A DNA stretch of 64,000 nucleotides from Lama guanicoe (Eukaryota), in NCBI GenBank assembly GCA_013239625.1, contig MU053431.1:870001-934000 (forward strand). Reading direction: 5' to 3'. Under the pieces are notes generated by a model. That model searched no databases, had not been told where the DNA came from, and saw only the letters and a program-made list of their open reading frames with translations. Made by a program: the position numbers and the translations under genes. Below are positions 35,428 through 47,899 of this stretch, one piece after another (the stretch's first letter is position 1; each line of letters starts with the position of its first letter).

Positions 35428-36065
35428 TGGCCATTGTGTTGGAACGATCTCTGTCCGAGGTATAACTTCCATCTCTGCCACTTAGTGGCCTTCCTTTCCC
35501 AGTGTTTTCGGAAAGTGTCTTTCAAAGGGCAAAGCTCTTCTTTTGCGAGAATCCGGTTGCCCAGTATTTCCATTTGTGGCTCTCGCTTTCTGTGTTCTGT
35601 CTGAGGAGCCTTTTCCTGCCCTGGAGTCACGCCTTGTCCCCTGTGCGTTCTCCCACGAGTTTCGGAGATTTAGCTTCTGCGTTTGCGTCTGTGGTCAGTT
35701 TCAGGCTGCACTTAGCGTGCGCAGTGATGAGGGTCAGGGCGTCTTTCCATGGGGATGTTTAATTGTTCCAGCACCTTCCTCTTCCTGTCGATCACCTTGG
35801 CTGCTTTGCCAGATACCACTGAGCCTCCACGTGTGGCTCTGCGCTTAGGTTTTCTGTTCTGCGCATTGTCCTTGAAGACATCTTTCTGCCAACACCACCT
35901 GCCTTGATGACTGCACCTTTATGGGGTCCGGTGGTGTGGTCACCCAATTGTACTCTTTTCAGAATGTCTTTGGCTCTTCAGGGCCATTTATTTTTCATGT
36001 AAATTTTAGAATCTGTCAATTTCTTTAAAAAAAAACTTTCGGAATTTTGATCGAGATTGTCAAAA
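35428..36065 (-). mobile_element. L1MB/MC-type, part 2 (continues past the LTR)
   Basis: 'aattgttccagcacc', 'ttttcatgtaaattttagaatc' and 'ggaattttgatcgagattg' are antisense L1 ORF2 motifs. Confidence 0.8.
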
Positions 36066-38360
36066 TCACTTGAAAGTCACATAAGTTGACTCTCAAGTGC
36101 AGCGTGCAAGGCTCTGGGAGTGCCGCCCTTGGTGTGTGTTAAGTCTCGTGCATGCCAGGGAGTGAGACCGGCGTGTTTCCTAGTGTAGAGGTGACACGTT
36201 TGCCTGACAGGAGTGCGGGAGCCAGGGAACGAGGCCAAGGGGGGCAAGGAAAACAGTCAAAGCTGCAGCAGGACGGCTCAGGCCTCCGCTGCCTTCCCGG
36301 AGCGGCCCTCTCCTACGGGCGGCTGGCGGCCGGAGGGCGGGGATTCTGTGGCCTTCCCCAGGGCGTTCAGAGCCGTCTTACTGGTTAGACTCTTCAGCTT
36401 TAACGCGAGGTTAGAGTGTCTACTGTTGAGAGGATTAAGAAGATATGGCACCTTGCAGGAGAGCTGCAAGTATTTCTGGATTTAAATCTAAGTCCAGCTC
36501 CTGTAGACCCACCTACTGCCTGTCTATGTGGGTATTTCTTCAGCCTCACGGCTTTCCTGCGTCCGGGTCGTCAGTCTCCTGACTCCCGAGAGGTGTGATG
36601 GCTCCTGGGGAGTCAGGTCACACCCCTGCAACGCGCCATCTTCAGGGACTTCTGCCGCGAGGGTGGATGCCATACACCATCTCTGTGGTGACTTGTAGCT
36701 GCAAGTGTTGGAGGCCACGTCAGACAGTAGCTCATGGAACTAACCCACCAGCGACGTGTGACCTCGGGGTCTCTGCCCAGGTAAGAGCTGGCTGGCAGCT
36801 CACTGCCGCCATAGTTCTGTCGAGTTTCTGAACGCAGCCCGGCTCAGAAAGCGCTAAACGAGCCCGTGCCCTCTCTCGGCGTCTGAGAGAATAATAGATC
36901 CATAGGAGAAATCATTTGTAACTCTAAGCCCCGAGTTAAAGACGTCTCCGGGGATGGACGTGGGTGATTTGTGGAACACGGTGATGCATTTATGAGATGG
37001 ATTGCACGTCCACCGCGCGCGGTGAGACCAGATCAGGTTGCATTAGAGGCACGGCTCTTCCCCACCTAATCAGGCGCCTCTCGGGGGAGAGGCGGGCTTC
37101 ACAGGGCGCTAAGTGTGAAAGCCGCTGCGGACACCGCCTCCTCCGCGGCGCTGGTCCTGGGAGCAGGTGCCTGCTTCTTGCTCACTTAAGCGCGTTCGGG
37201 GACTTCGTAAACTCTTATGTGCCTCACGGGGTGCTTAATTTCCAGGCCCAGCCCTGCCTCCTCCACCGTCACCCCGCGGCCACCAGAAAACTCATCTTCT
37301 GGGTGTGACAGGTGGAAAGGTGGCGCCAGGCCCGCGGCAGTGCTCCAACGGCCTGTGCGATACTGGGGGCTCCTTCCTCAGTGGCTGCCCCTCGTCTTGG
37401 GCCCCAGTTCCTTTTCCTGCCCTGTCCACGCCCTCTTTCTCACACTCGTTTGTTAAGGACCCTGGCAATGCAACCATTGACTTACTGGACACCCCCTGCC
37501 CCCCATGACATAAAGTGGACAGAACAGCAAGTTGACTTTCTTTCCTCTCTTTCTTGGTGCACAGCCGTCACGCAGCCTCTACCCTAGCGCCCTCCCCTCC
37601 CCCCGCCAATGAAGCTGAATTAACTGGCTCTTAGCTCCAGCCAGACTGCATGGGCAAACATGAAACCGTAAAGCTGCAGGACTCGCGATGACTGGGTTTG
37701 TGGTCACCACGGCTGACCACCTCTGGACGACCTCTTCATCTTCACAATGTCCCCGGGGTACGGACCCCACCCTGTGCCCACTTACGGAAGACAGAGGCTC
37801 TGTCCCAGGTCAGGCAGTCAGAGGCAGAGCAAGGAGGACTTCAACCTGCGTCAGTGAGACCGCAGGCCTGTCCCCTGCCCTGAGCACAGCTGCAGGGAAC
37901 TCATTTCTGAGGCTCTTGCCTGGGGCCAAGCCCCGTGGAGGGCTCTCCAAGGATATGCAGTCCAGCCTCATCCTGTGCCCAGACCTGGGTGCACAGAGGG
38001 GTGAGGGGTGAAGGACAGGAGAGGTTTCAAAGGCACACGTGGAAAGGGAGACGCCAGAGAGACGGCCCCGGGGGAGGGAGGGGTGTCAGGGAGGGTTTGC
38101 AGCCGACTCAGGCCCAGCTCCTGTCCAGGCAGTCGCTCCCTAGGCCCTCTCACCTCCAGGAGGTGATGTCCTGCGGGCAGCTCACAGGACTCAGGACACC
38201 CACTCCCCAGGGCCTCCGCTGTCTGGCTCACCGTCAGTCCCCCGACCGGCTCATCCCCGCCATTCTGGGGACGTGTGGCTCCTCACCCCAGCAGGGCCTG
38301 GCTGCTGAGCCCGTTCCCTAGATGGAGCTGCCCCTGCCCTTCTGGAGGCTTCTACCCAAG

Positions 38361-38908
38361 CGCTGCAGGAGAAAACGCAGGGCAGGAGAAGGGCCACGTC
38401 CCAGGCCTCAGTTGAGTCCCTGGGACGCATCCCACCAAGTGTGGCTCCTTGGCTTCGCGCAGGAAAGAACTCAAGAGCAAGCCACTGTTGAGTAAAGGTA
38501 GATTTACTCAGAGAGATGCACGCTCCACAGGCAGAGGGAGGGCCTCATTCAGAAGGGCAGCGGCCACGGGGCTGTTAGTTTTCTGGGCCCGGGAGCCTCG
38601 TGTGCTGACCCGCGGGAGGACTATTACAGCCACTTTGGGGGAGGTGCGGCGACTCCCAGCAGCTGGGCCACCGCCCACCTTTGACCTTCTATGGTCGTCC
38701 TTGGCGCTGTCATGGCGCCTGTGGGAGGGCCATTTGCATGCTAATATATTACAATGAGCGTGTAATGAAGCTCAAGGTCGGCTGGGAGTCAAATCTCCTG
38801 CCATCTTGGGCCTCAAGGTCCCTGGGAGTTGAATCTTCTGCCACCTTGGTGCTAATTGCTGTGTCATCCCTTGAATGGCTGTGCGCTGCCCCCTTCCCTC
38901 CTGTCTCA
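38361..38908 (-). mobile_element. ERV1-class solo LTR (548 bp) with 4-bp TSD
   Basis: Ends cg(=tg)...tctca; caag on both sides (38357-38360, 38909-38912); 'cttggcttcgcgcaggaaagaactcaagagcaagcca' is typical of an antisense ERV1 U5/R. Confidence 0.85.
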
Positions 38909-39099
38909 CAAGGAGGATTCACAACTCCCAACACCACAGTACTGAGAGATCACAGGGTTTGTGGGGCCACAGGAGGGTGCTTTCCAGGTCACCAGGCCTG
39001 GCTGCAGAGGTTACTGGTTTCGACAGTGGAGGTGAAGGACCAGGCACGCTCATCTGGGTCTGGGGGAGTCTTTCTGGGCCCCTGGTGCTGGTAAGGGGC

Positions 39100-39385
39100 T
39101 CCCAGGCGAGGGGCCACCTCCACTCCAGCTACACTGTCTTCTCCCAGTCTGGCCACGGGGCCTTTGCACATGCTGTTTCTCCTGCCTGGAGTGCCTTGTC
39201 TTGGCCTGGTTAGTCCTGCTCAGCCTTCAGATCCTCAGGGAAGCTGCCCCTGACCTCTCCAACAAGGTCAGGCCCTTCTAGTCTCAGCTTTGACTCCCCT
39301 GTTCCTCTCTTAAACCCTCCATGGTCACTGCTGCCATCACACAGGTGAGTGTGGACTCAACTCACTGGTCCCACACCTGCCCAGG
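39100..39385 (+). mobile_element. L2 fragment, part 1
   Basis: 'gggcctttgcacatgctgtttctcctgcctggagtgcctt...tcagccttcagatc'. Confidence 0.8.
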
Positions 39386-39389
39386 GTCA

Positions 39390-40015
39390 GAACGAAGCAG
39401 TTCTGTTCTGACACTGCCTGCCAAGTGTTAAGGGCAGATTCCTCCAGAAGACTGCCCCCTTGTGATGCCGGCCACAGATCTTAAGGGGTCCTCAGGCACC
39501 TGTACTCCTGGCCAACTGGTTACACGTTACAGATTTCACATGACCCCCTCGAATTCAAAATTTCAGGAGAAAGACTCTCAGAACTCAGGAAGGCAGCCCT
39601 TGTTGATTACACATTCACTCTGAAGGATGCGCTGGAGGCAAGGCACCCCTTCCATCCCGTCCCCAGGGAGTCAGGGCGTCACCCTCCCAGCACATCAGTG
39701 TGTCCACCAGCCAGAAAGAGCCCCTGAGCCGGCCTGTCCTGAGTTCCGCTGGGTTCATTACCAGGCACTGTTGATTGCATCACCGACCATGTGACTGCCC
39801 TCCCCACCAGGGTCAGGCTGGCTCGGAGTCCTCAGCTCTCCAGGCTGGTGGTTGATCTTTCTGAGGACCAGCCCCCATCCTAAAACGGGGGTGGGGGGGC
39901 CACAGTGAGTCACCTCATCAGCATCACAAAGACACCCCTTCGTCACTCAGGAAACCCCAAGGCTTTAGAAGCTCCCTGCCAGGGACAGGGACAAAGACCC
40001 AATTCTCACTGCACA
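39390..40015 (-). mobile_element. MER21C-like LTR nested in L2
   Basis: 'cagaactcaggaag', 'gaccagcccccatcct' and 'agtcacctcatcagcatcacaaagacacccctt...caggaaaccccaaggctttagaagctccctgccaggga'. Confidence 0.85.
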
Positions 40016-40019
40016 GCAG

Positions 40020-40165
40020 TGCGGCTGTCCCAGTCTTGCCTGCCCTCCCTCGGGAAGCTCAGGAAGGGCAGGCCTGGCCTGTGCTTCCTCTCCGCTGTGT
40101 CTCAGCACCAGCACCGAGCCTACAACCCGGGGTGCTCCCAAAATATTCCCAGTAGAAGGGGGTTG
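40020..40165 (+). mobile_element. L2 3' end, part 2
   Basis: 'aagctcaggaagggcaggcc...ccgctgtgtctcagcaccagcac...ggtgctcccaaatatt'. Confidence 0.7.
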
Positions 40166-42899
40166 GCCTGAGTGATGGTAGCAGGGCCAGCAGCAGCCTG
40201 GGGGGAGAAAGGACAAAAACTGTTCACCGAAATGCGTCTGCGTCTTTGATGACCAGAGCGCGGCCCCAGAACACCCTGCCCCCCCCCAAGCCCCACACCC
40301 CTGCCCGAGTCTGTTACTCGCTCTTTTTAACTGCTTCTCGTTCAGCGAAATGGCTCCTCCGGCAAGTCCGGGCCTGGGGGAGGAATCTGTTTATTTACCT
40401 TGATGTCGGGATTTTTTCCCCCTTTTTGGCGTCTGTTATTACTCTCCTCTGGCAAGATCCCTGTGTTCTGTGGGGCAGTGCTTACAATGATAGCATTTAG
40501 CCGCCGAAACAGCAGCCCTCCCTGCGTCTCCTTGTGACACAGCAAAAACGCTGTGACCAGCGGGAACGCCTCCTTTCCTCTCCCTGGCGTAGAAGCCTTC
40601 GAGCCAGGCACTGATTGCTAAGTGAGGTTTCAGGACCCACTCTTTCGTCTCAAGAGCAGCTGTAATCGGAGTTTGGGCGGCGCGGAGGCCCACGCTGTGT
40701 GCAGACGGTGCCGGCCGGGCTGACTTCTAAACGTGGATCTTCAGTGTGTTCAGGTGATAAAAAAGTGCAAGAGGTTCTTCACTCCCAAGCATCACTACCC
40801 GGTGGTCCACTGTGCTGCACGGAAGAGGAATTAAGTCGTCTGTTGTAGACCCTCCCACTGTATGGACACACCCTGAGACCGGTAGGAACATTCCACTGGG
40901 CCCCTTGGAAAGCCGAAGCCACACTGCTAATTCCGGAGGGAATGGCCACTGTCAGTTAGTCCAGGAGTCAGCCAGCTTCCTCCCCTGGGGCCTGGGCCGT
41001 AAATGCCTTCGGCTGTGTGTCCCTTCCTCCCCGCACAGCTCCCCAGCTCTGCCGTCACGGCAGGGTGGCCGCAGGGGCTGGCTCGCGTCGCAGGAGCAGT
41101 GCCTCCTGTGGACGGTGGCCAGTGCTTGCCCAGCGCCTGAGCCAGTCTCTTCGACAATTCTGACTCAACGTCCCGATCTAGACAAAATGTGCTGCACATT
41201 TCCCTCATCTGTGGATCAAATTTTACCAATTATGCCTTGAATGAAAGGCCCAGCACTCGAGAAGATTTATCGTTTTTTTTTTTCAATTTATACTGTCATA
41301 AAAATATACATGCCCACCGGTAGGAAAATGCAGCTTCGGTGAAGAATTCACATTGGACAACACGAAAACCCATCCCCCGTGTCACGTGAGTGTGTTTCTT
41401 GCGAACAAGCCAGGAAACCTCTCCGCAAGTTCCACTTTTATAGCGTGTGTTTTGTTCTCCTTGCAAAGACCTCATAAATCAATTGGACACATTTTGCTAT
41501 AAAAGAAATATTTTCTGTGTGAAGTACTTTCTTCAAGCTTTTCCCTTTTATCGGGGGTTTGTAAAAGTGCAGAGTGACACGTGGGTATAATTGGTTGGCC
41601 ATAGTTCTTACCGCGGGTGCTGTACGTTTCCGCTTATGCAGAATTTATCGGAGTGTCAGAACTTTGAGTGGATATTGTGGGGAAGCTGTCCAGAAAACGT
41701 ATGTATCCGGAAGACTATTCAGTGCTTCAAGAAACTTCTGGCAAAACTCTGCAACCCTGTTTTGATAGTAACCCACCCGGAGTGTGACCCCAACCCTGTC
41801 CTGAAACAATCCTTGGCAAAAAATAAATCCTGCCATCTTACTAGGTCAAGAATATCTCCAAAAACCTGAGCACAGAAGCCCAGTGCATCTCCTGTGCCCC
41901 AAACAAATAGTAAAAGTTAGTTAAAAAAAGAGACTTAACTCACTTAAAAACGTCAAGAAAACAGAATTCCATTATCATTCACCCAGCGGAAGCGTGTCGG
42001 GTGGAGTGTTCCGACGCCTTTTATTTTCCCTCTCGGCGTAGCGTTTGTCTTCTGTGTTGACTGTTCTGACTGAATTTATTTTTAACTTTTAAAAGACTTG
42101 TCTCTTAACTGGAAAATAGTTTGACTTTTTGTCAAAATGGTCAAAACAGTCTCGGCGCTTGAAGTCGTGTTACTGAAGACGCAGGCCTGTCTTTTAAGAG
42201 CGTTGATGGGTGTGTTTCGGCTGTCTGTTCTGATGGAACAAACCTGCCCCAGACACGGAGGCCTGAGACAGCAGCGTGGTTCGACCTCCTTGGTTCTGGG
42301 CAACGGTGAGGGGTTCCGTCTGCAGATGGGTTCAGCTGGACGGTTCATCTGGGGCTCCCCAGGCACCTGCAGTCAGGTGGTCATTGGGGCTGGAGTCTTC
42401 CCAAGCCACAAGCACCCTGGACATCCAAGATGGAGCACACATGTGGCCGGTAGTGTGTGCTGGCCGTCACCTGGGAGATGACCTGGGATTGTGGACCGGG
42501 CATGGTCCAGGCTTCTCACAGCTCGGGGACTAGGTTCTGGGAGTGGCCCGAAGGAGGGCATGGCCAGAGGCCCAGGTGGAGCTGGCCCCTTCACCCGCCT
42601 CGGAAGAGCGGGCATGTCCCTCCCTCTGCGCCCTTTTGGTCAAAGCAGTCAGGGGCCGGTCCAGATTCGCAACCCCTGGGGAGCAGAGCAGCCTGCGTGT
42701 ACAGCGAAGAAAGGACCGGTGGTGCGTCCCTGGAGACCACCTACCACAGCCCCGTGGGCGGGTTGCCACACCCTGGCTCGCTGTTACCTCATCCTGAGGT
42801 GGCACTGGGAGAAGGACGTTCTGCACGGACCTCTCCCCACAGAATCCCCACCAAGCGTCCTCCCTGCCCCTCACAGCCTGAAACACCGCCTTTTAGGTC

Positions 42900-43400
42900 A
42901 GTCTCAGCTGATTGTCCAGTGTTGCAAATGGCCCATAATAAGCCGCAAATGCAATGTAAACTGACTGCAGAGTGACAGTGCGAAATAATGCAAAAATATA
43001 GGATTTCATGAAGTGATGAGAGTGTTTTTAAAACCACAGGAATTACACTCACAGTTACTGACAAATGAAGAGGAGGTGGAGTTCACCCAGAAAATCTTCG
43101 GAGAAGCACCAGTGGTGAACACGTTCATCAAAGGAGAATTACTGAAATGTTAATTGGCTGGAAAATGAATGAAATTCCACAGTGCCTTTTTTAATAAAAA
43201 TCTCTCCCTTTACAACTGGACTCCAAAAGTCGGTGTCAGAGGAGGGACCTAGAGGGGCTGCCGGAGACTCGTTCGCAACCTGTGCCGGAGAAGCAGGCGT
43301 CTCTTGAGTTACTCCTTCGCTCTAAAACTTAGCATGTGGTTGCAGTTACAACTGAAATTCTATTAAGTGTAAAATAGATGTATCTCCAGTGTAGTTTAGT
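42900..43400 (+). mobile_element. Tigger-type (TcMar; Tigger13a-like) DNA transposon remnant
   Basis: Decayed transposase-like C-terminus: 'ggatttcatgaagtgatgagagt...cacagttactgacaaatgaagag' reads GFHEV/DES...HSQLLTNEE with a frameshift. Confidence 0.6.
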
Positions 43401-44469
43401 TTTGCTTTCCAGTTTTAACTGTTTACTCGCTGTGCTATAAGATGTCAGCCCTTGCTGGCGACGATTTGCTTGAAGGGTCTCTCTGAGAGTGAGTTGCCTT
43501 CCGCGACAAGGATCTCCTGGGATTCAAACCCAGGGGATCAGGGTGGCATCCCAGCTTTCCACTCTGGGATGTCAAGCTCCCGGGAGCAGGTGCCGTGGTC
43601 GCACCCAGCAGGGGTCCCAGGGTCCCGGGGCTCCGCTGGCCACGGTGCTTTGCTGCGCAGGTGAGGAGTGGGAGAGGGTCTGGAATCCGTGTCTGGAGAC
43701 TGAGTGCTGCCCTCGCAAGGACGGGGCTACTGGGAAGGGCCCCGGGGGCGCACTTGCGGCAGGCGCCCAAGTGAAGGAGTCGCAGCCGTCAGCACAGACG
43801 TGGGTCTGAGATGGAGGTTTCTCTTGAGTTCAGATAGAACTTCAAGGCGCTTCCTTCCTCTGGCATCAGTCCTGGGGTGAAAAAGATACAATTCTTGGCA
43901 TGTCTCGGGGCAAGGAGTGCCTCCCGTGTGCCCAGGCCTGTGCTTTGTGGCAAGCTCACGCCGGGCTCTCCACCGCCTCAGACCTCAAACGCGGTGTCCG
44001 AGCAGGAGCCCTGGCGTGGTCCAGGCCCTCGCGGGGGCCGGAGCTTCTTCCCTCCCTGAACAGTAAAACGAGGCAGGGCTCAGTCTCAGGACCGGGGATT
44101 TTGAAAGGAAGGGAAAGTGGAGCTGTGTGATTTCAGGGTGAGGCCTGGGGACAGTGCACGGAGAGCCGGACAGAAGTGGGCAAGGGCACCGATCGCCCGA
44201 CCCGACTTGGGAGAAAAGCCTCCCCCTTCCCCCTGCCACGCGCTCACCATTCGGTCCGTGAAGAAAGAAGACTCGGAACTGCTCACTTGGCGAAGTGCGT
44301 TCACTCAGGTTTCCTGGCGTCACCTGAGGAAACGTGGCCTTGGGAAAACTCAAGCCCTGTTCCGATCCCGTCTTTGTGTACCTGTGTGTCCCTTGGAATG
44401 ACCATACGGGACATGCGTCTGACCCACACACAGGGACCGCCTGGAAGCAGACGCAGCCTGGCTTCCAGA

Positions 44470-44910
44470 AGCAGTTACTACCATTTCACTGCTGCTAATT
44501 AGCAGGATGGATTTTATCAGTCTTTGCTAAATTGAGCAAGTAAACGAGGATTTATTCAAGATGTATTTAAAGGAGTGTTTGTGCACTCTTTGCAAAAACC
44601 GCAGGCAGGAGGAGCTGGCTCGCGCTGCGCTGAGAGCCTGCGTGTGTGCGTGGACGAGCCTGTCTCCCCGACTTGGATCGAACGTCTCCCCGGCGCAAGG
44701 CCCTCCGCACGCTGTAGCTTCAGAGCATATTGTGAAACAAACATCAGCACTGTCAGATTGATGAGCCTCACTGTATCCTCTGTGCTTATCTCTCCTGCTG
44801 TGAAAATGTTTGCGGCGAAAGTAATAACAGATTTTGAGAACTCCAGTATAATGACTGCAGGACCAACCACAATTTTAAGTAACAGTGGCATTTCCAACGG
44901 GCCCACTTGG
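44470..44910. promoter_or_regulatory. Candidate conserved non-coding element
   Basis: Two AT-rich non-repeat blocks; 14-bp palindrome ctgctaattagcag (44492-44505), gtaaac/aaacaaaca forkhead-like sites, ctgtcagattgat TALE/PBX-like site. Confidence 0.4.
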
Positions 44911-45070
44911 GCATTTCAGGGCTTCACTTTGGGGCTGGACGTGGAATTGCATTTAGGCTGCCTGTAGTCACGAGCGAGAGCCTGCGTTCTGGAGAATAAG
45001 ATACAAAACGCAGGTGTTGACCTGTGTTCATGGGAGCCTCTGCCACTGTCAGGGTCCTGGAGGCAGGAGC

Positions 45071-45090
45071 GGGGGGGGGGGGGGGGGGGG
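45071..45090 (+). repeat. G20 homopolymer
   Basis: 20 consecutive G. Confidence 0.95.
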
Positions 45091-45177
45091 AACAGAAGCA
45101 GCAAAGGTCTTTAACCCTCTTTCTGCTGATTAGAGGAAATACACATTTCTACGGACGCCTTTCCTGGGTGTGAGCGC

Positions 45178-45402
45178 TGCAGGATTTCTCAGCCTGGACA
45201 CTGTGGGCGTCGGGGGCTGGAGCACTCTGTGAGGGGGGGGCCGTCCTGTGCACTGAAGGTGTTCAGCAGCATCCCTGGTCTCCATCCACTGGATGCCAGG
45301 AGCACCCCTCCTTCCCCCGCCCATCCCTAGCGATGAGGACCAGAAATGCCTTCAGATTCGCCAGATGTCTCCTGGAGACCACAGCCCCCGGTGGAGACCC
45401 AC
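45178..45402 (-). mobile_element. MER20 DNA transposon
   Basis: 'gtcctgtgcactgaaggtgttcagcagcatccctggtctccatccactggatgccagg...ttcagattcgccagatgtctcctgg'. Confidence 0.9.
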
Positions 45403-46766
45403 AGAAAGTGACAGGCTTTCTTTAAGTGCACTTTGTCCTTTGAGCCTCCGTTGAGATGCCCCAAGCCCCACCTGTACGCAGAGCACCTCGATTTACCCGG
45501 AATGCTCTGCGCCTTTGAATATCGCTCCCCTGAACTCTCTTATTTGCCACGAGAGTTGTTGATGCTCTTTCATTGGCACAGGAAGTATTCCAGAGTCAGC
45601 CTTGCATGCCAGAGTCATTGAGAAATCAGCTTCACCACGTGGCTGCTCTTCTGGGGATCATCACACGTCACCTGCTGTTTGGTGTCAAACCCCGAGCTCC
45701 TGTTATTTAACACTGATTAATAAATGGCAGGTTGTCAGTACTGGTTGTGAAGACGCTTCAAGGCGCCATTGTTCTTTTAAATTAAAACATTTAAACATTT
45801 AAAGCCAGGGCTGGTTCTGGTGGCTCATTGTAATTATTCCTTTTGTCTCTGCATACCTTTCTTCTCCTGATCACACAGCTGTCACGCCGACAGTACCTAC
45901 AGTCGGGGCGCGTGACAGCCCTTCCCTATTAACTGCCATTATTTTTACAAGGAAAGCTCGAAGCCACTGGAGCAGATATTAATTTCGAGAGAGGACCGCC
46001 GGCTAAGTTATTTAAATGAATGTATCTGATGGCTCCAACCCATTTCATTTATATTATGGGCCGGGCTTGTAGGACCGAGCCGGGCATGCATGTGTGTGAG
46101 TGTGTGTGTGTGCACCGGGGAAGCACTTTCCATCCCCGCCTTGGCACTGGGAATGCCTTCTTTCCCTCCCCTGCTTCCCTGCTCCTCCTGCGGGAATCAC
46201 AGGCCAGCTCTGGCATCTCCAGCACACAGGAACTGTGTGCAGACCACCAGGCGGCTGTGGGGCCAGCAGGGGTTGGCCTGGGCCATCCGGAGCCTTACAC
46301 CACGCCCTTGAGCCTCCCACGCAGGGACCAGTTAGGGTTCAAGCCTCCATCTCCGGAGAGCAACTGAGGACGGGTCTGGCTGACCACGCCCACACTGACT
46401 CTGCCTGGTTGCCCCAGGCCAGCCCCTTCCAAGGGGGAGGCAAGAGCGCCCCATACCAGGATGGAACCCAGTGGGGGTCCCTAAAAGGCAGACCAGAGTG
46501 CTAATAATAGACGGGTGGGAATTCTAGAGAGAAAACGGACGGGCGCCCACCATCTCCTCCCCCCCCCCTCGCCTCCCTCCTCCTTCTCGCCTCCCACAAG
46601 TCAGCACCAGGTGAAGGGGCCACGGTGATGTCAGTGGTAGCTCTAAAGATGCAGTGTTCTCACCACTCCAAATCCACCTGGTCCATGCTATGTTTAGCTG
46701 AGCTTTCAATTTTTAAAAGTGAGGGAAAGAAAGACACATTGCAGAATGAAGCTACTGCAAAATGCC

Positions 46767-46826
46767 GTGTGTGTGCGTGCGTGCATGCGTGTGTGTGTGC
46801 GTGTGTGTGTGTGTGTGTGCGTGTGT
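46767..46826. repeat. (TG)n/(TGCG)n microsatellite
   Basis: Directly visible. Confidence 0.95.
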
Positions 46827-47094
46827 TCCTTCAGCCCGCTGCTCAGGGCAGGGGTTGTTGGGTCCCTTACACTTTCCGGATTTGACCTGGGGGTGCGGTG
46901 GCCCGTCCTGATGGACAGAGTCTGGGGAAGTCCTTGGCATCTTTCTGTTCCAGAATAACCCACACTCTGACATCTCATTCCCTGTGGCACCTGGCGACCG
47001 GTTACGACGTAGCCGACGGACAGTAAGACTGAAGCCGGGGGGCCTTGGGCAGCTTATTTACAAGTGCTGAGTCCTAGGTCCACACAGAAGGACT

Positions 47095-47315
47095 GTTAAC
47101 ACTTTAAACATATACAATTATATTTGTCAGTTATTCCCAATTATTCCTCGATAATTTCTTAAAAATAAAAGGTAACAAAAATAAAATAATCAGTGAAAAT
47201 ACATATATCTAAATAAAAAAGAAACAATAAAATGCAAACAAATTAATAAAGTCTGATACTGCATACTGGACTATAAAAAAAAGAAGGAAGGAAAGAAGGA
47301 GAGAAAAAAAAATGA
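47095..47315 (+). mobile_element. Extreme L1 3' end with long degenerate A-rich tail
   Basis: 'acactttaaacatatacaattatatttgtcagttattcc' followed by about 150 bp of A-rich sequence. Confidence 0.6.
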
Positions 47316-47899
47316 AGGATGACAAACTCCCAGACTTTTTTAGGGAAAGGATATCGTTCATACTCCCCACTTAAATATGATTACGGTGTAAAATGGAAAA
47401 GTAATCATGTTCATGAGCAAAAGAATGAATCGGATATCTACCTACAGACGCCGCACAGAAGTCTGTGTGTCACGCACACCCCAGTCGGGCAGAGGTGCGG
47501 CGGCATTTGGAAGGGATCCTGAGGTCACCTCGCAACGCGTTCGGAAGGAGAAAGACCGCCACACACCAGGCCCTGTCGGCCAGAGAGGGCTACTTTTAAA
47601 ACACTTCTTAGCTCGAATGGCCAACTGCTGTTTTTCCAAACCCTCATTTTGTAAATTTGCCTTGGTTTCAGTTATATATTTTGAAAGACATTGAAAGAAA
47701 GACCTAACGTTATGCAAGTAAGTATTTGACTAACTGTTCTGCCTGGGAAAGGTAGTTTACCACGTTTAAAAATTAAGCTTTGCGCTTTAGTCACACCCAT
47801 ATTTTGAATTAAAACAATTTTAAACCAAACCAGGGGTCATACTTTTGAACAAACATTTTCATTCGATGAGGCTCCGGCGCGGAGTCCCAGGCGTCAAGC

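Noticed and set aside
47445..47725. Possible exon ending at a consensus donor (caa/gtaagt near 47717)
   Set aside because: No convincing polypyrimidine acceptor and no recognisable coding frame; isolated donor motifs occur by chance
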